From positions 45,374 through 109,373 of the forward strand of contig CAYLQQ010000002.1 of NCBI GenBank assembly GCA_964386355.1: a stretch of DNA of 64,000 nucleotides, given 5' to 3'. Shown piece after piece: positions 62,492-64,000 of this stretch (its first letter is position 1; every line of letters starts with the position of its first letter). The position numbers and the translations under genes were made by a program. The DNA comes from an uncultured Pseudomonadales bacterium (GTDB taxonomy: Bacteria; Patescibacteriota; Microgenomatia; UBA1400; UBA1449). Under the pieces are notes generated by a model, which worked only from the letters and a program-made list of their open reading frames with translations, made no database searches and was not told the origin of the DNA.

Positions 62492-62611
62492 GTATGTAAA
62501 TAGTAATAAATAAAGTGTATTTATTTTACTCTTGCGATTACTACTATATTTTCCAGGTGATCGATAATGTTATATAGACTTATGTATGTGAACACTGTTG
62601 GACTTATACGG

Positions 62612-62638
62612 TTAGCAATATACCAAAAAGAGTGCTAG
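62612..62638. promoter_or_regulatory. CIRCE-like inverted repeat upstream of lon
   Basis: TTAGCAATA-N9-GAGTGCTAG against the CIRCE consensus TTAGCACTC-N9-GAGTGCTAA (15 of 18 positions). It lies about 120-145 nt upstream of the lon ATG. Confidence 0.4.
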
Positions 62639-62714
62639 AAGTCAAAAGGAAAGATAGAGGTATTGTTAGGGAGTTAACAGCTTATTGTTTGGTAATTTTT
62701 AACCAGTAAGTCTA

Positions 62715-63866
62715 TTAGCCAAGTATAATCTCTTTCAGCAACTCTTCCGTTTCTATCCCCTTATCCTCATGGTCCGGGTGCAGGTATATTTTAATCCGCC
62801 AACACAGTTTTTGGATCGGTTCATGTTCAGTTTGTACCGTAGGTCCTATGAAGGGAAGATGAATCTTTTTAAAGCCTTTATCTTTGCCTGCGTATACGGT
62901 CACGCATTCTCGGGGGATTGATAAGCTATCAGATAGTATATCTGCGATTTTTTGTCGCTCTGTCCAGCTGGTGCATAACGTTTGGACTATTTCACTGACT
63001 TTGTCAACCTCACTAACCTCACCAGCAGGTTTGTAAAAACGCCATGCTCTCATGTCATGAATCAGATTTTGAGTTTGAGGATTACATCTGTGTTCAAGTG
63101 TATACAGAGCTTGAGAGTCGGTAAGGTCAAAAAAATGCTCATCTAGCTCTTTATTTTCAAATGCAAACTGCATAGCTCTAAAAAGCATCGTTTCGGGTGT
63201 TAAATTAAGATCAGAATACACAACATCATACACAAGCCGCCTGCACAATTCCCATTTCTGTATCTGACCGATAAAATCTCCCTTTAGAGCTAATTTACCA
63301 TCCGACATCATATATGCATGTAAAAGCTGTTTTGGATCGTAAAAGTTGACAGGGATGATACCAATGGCTGAACCCCAACGAAGTGAGTTATCGATGTTAT
63401 CCAAATCAATTGAACCATTTATTAAATCAGACCATGGAGCGTACTCTCCGGTAATCAATCTGTATACAGTTTGTGGATCGGCACCAAACTTCTTGATAGC
63501 ATCGCTGTTATCCTTGGAAAAAATTGCATTTTGAGCAAACTCTTCATGATCTTTGCCTGTTATGTCTGACATAATCCGTTCTGTAATGTGTGAAAAAGGG
63601 GGACTGCCAGTATCATGGAATAGTGAAGCGACTAATAAATCTTTTTTAAGATGTTCGAACTCAGGTCTTAAAGTAAGAAGTTGGGAAAGGTAGGCGACCC
63701 CTACTGAGTGTTCAAACCTAGATCCAATCATACCAGATGGAGTGGCTAAAGGCGGGACTGCTGAAAGTGATATATCCCGGATTCGTGTCAAAGCAGGAGT
63801 CTGAAAAAGCTTGAAAAGGTCATTATCAAACTCGAGTTGGCCATAGAGGGGGTCAAGGTAGTACAT
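62715..63866 (-). CDS. HD-domain metal-dependent phosphohydrolase (dGTPase/SAMHD1-like, COG1078-type)
   Basis: RFEHSVGVAYL...FHDTGSPPFSH are the H..HD..D motifs of this family. Confidence 0.75.
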   Translation of the reverse strand: MYYLDPLYGQLEFDNDLFKLFQTPALTRIRDISLSAVPPLATPSGMIGSRFEHSVGVAYLSQLLTLRPEFEHLKKDLLVASLFHDTGSPPFSHITERIMSDITGKDHEEFAQNAIFSKDNSDAIKKFGADPQTVYRLITGEYAPWSDLINGSIDLDNIDNSLRWGSAIGIIPVNFYDPKQLLHAYMMSDGKLALKGDFIGQIQKWELCRRLVYDVVYSDLNLTPETMLFRAMQFAFENKELDEHFFDLTDSQALYTLEHRCNPQTQNLIHDMRAWRFYKPAGEVSEVDKVSEIVQTLCTSWTERQKIADILSDSLSIPRECVTVYAGKDKGFKKIHLPFIGPTVQTEHEPIQKLCWRIKIYLHPDHEDKGIETEELLKEIILG

Positions 63867-64000
63867 AATAAGGTATTATACTTTAATTAAGCGACTTATT
63901 CAGTTTGGATTGCTCACTACTTCTACTTATTAATGACATCATATGATTTACTATTGTTAATATATGTGGTTCAAGATGAGAGCCTGTGCTGGTATGACAT

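Noticed and set aside
63965-64000. A possible start of a plus-strand gene (ATGTGGTTCAAGATGAGAGCC…) at the window edge.
   Set aside because: Only 12 codons are visible, with no SD and no recognisable sequence. Too little evidence to annotate.

Overview
This is a 64-kb, AT-rich, tightly packed bacterial fragment with short or overlapping gene junctions. It uses the standard genetic code, since TGA acts as a stop. I annotate about 60 CDS, one tRNA-Glu(CUC), two T-box-like leaders, several intrinsic terminators and one small inverted-repeat-bounded GIY-YIG cassette. I saw no rRNA, CRISPR array or obvious prophage. The gene content suggests a reduced-genome, CPR/Patescibacteria-like organism: class I LysRS, many DUF-type envelope proteins and unusual domain fusions. 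That placement is inference only. Most genes are housekeeping: aspS, serS, lysK, recJ, cca, rlmN, greA, secDF, lon, miaA and a miaB-like gene, peptidases, and ABC transporters.

The most unusual content is a non-canonical F-type ATPase gene set, with four features:
- It is split into atpA-atpG-X-atpD-atpC (5.5-12.3 kb) and 'atpE-like'-atpF-atpH (28.8-32.0 kb).
- The only c-subunit-like sequence is the C-terminal 72 aa of a 653-aa secreted Ig-like-repeat protein, and it has no membrane carboxylate.
- No a-subunit gene sits at either locus.
- A 796-aa polytopic membrane protein is wedged, apparently translationally coupled, between atpG and atpD.

Other notable items:
- AspRS is fused to a YbaK-like deacylase domain.
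- Class I LysRS is fused to a B3/B4 domain.
- The T-box leaders present their specifier codon in a terminal 7-nt loop.
- Two strongly signalled paralogous surface proteins lie side by side.
- Two secreted-protein ORFs are separated by one frame across an (ATTT)3 tract.

All calls rest on reading motifs in the supplied translations and DNA. No database search was possible.
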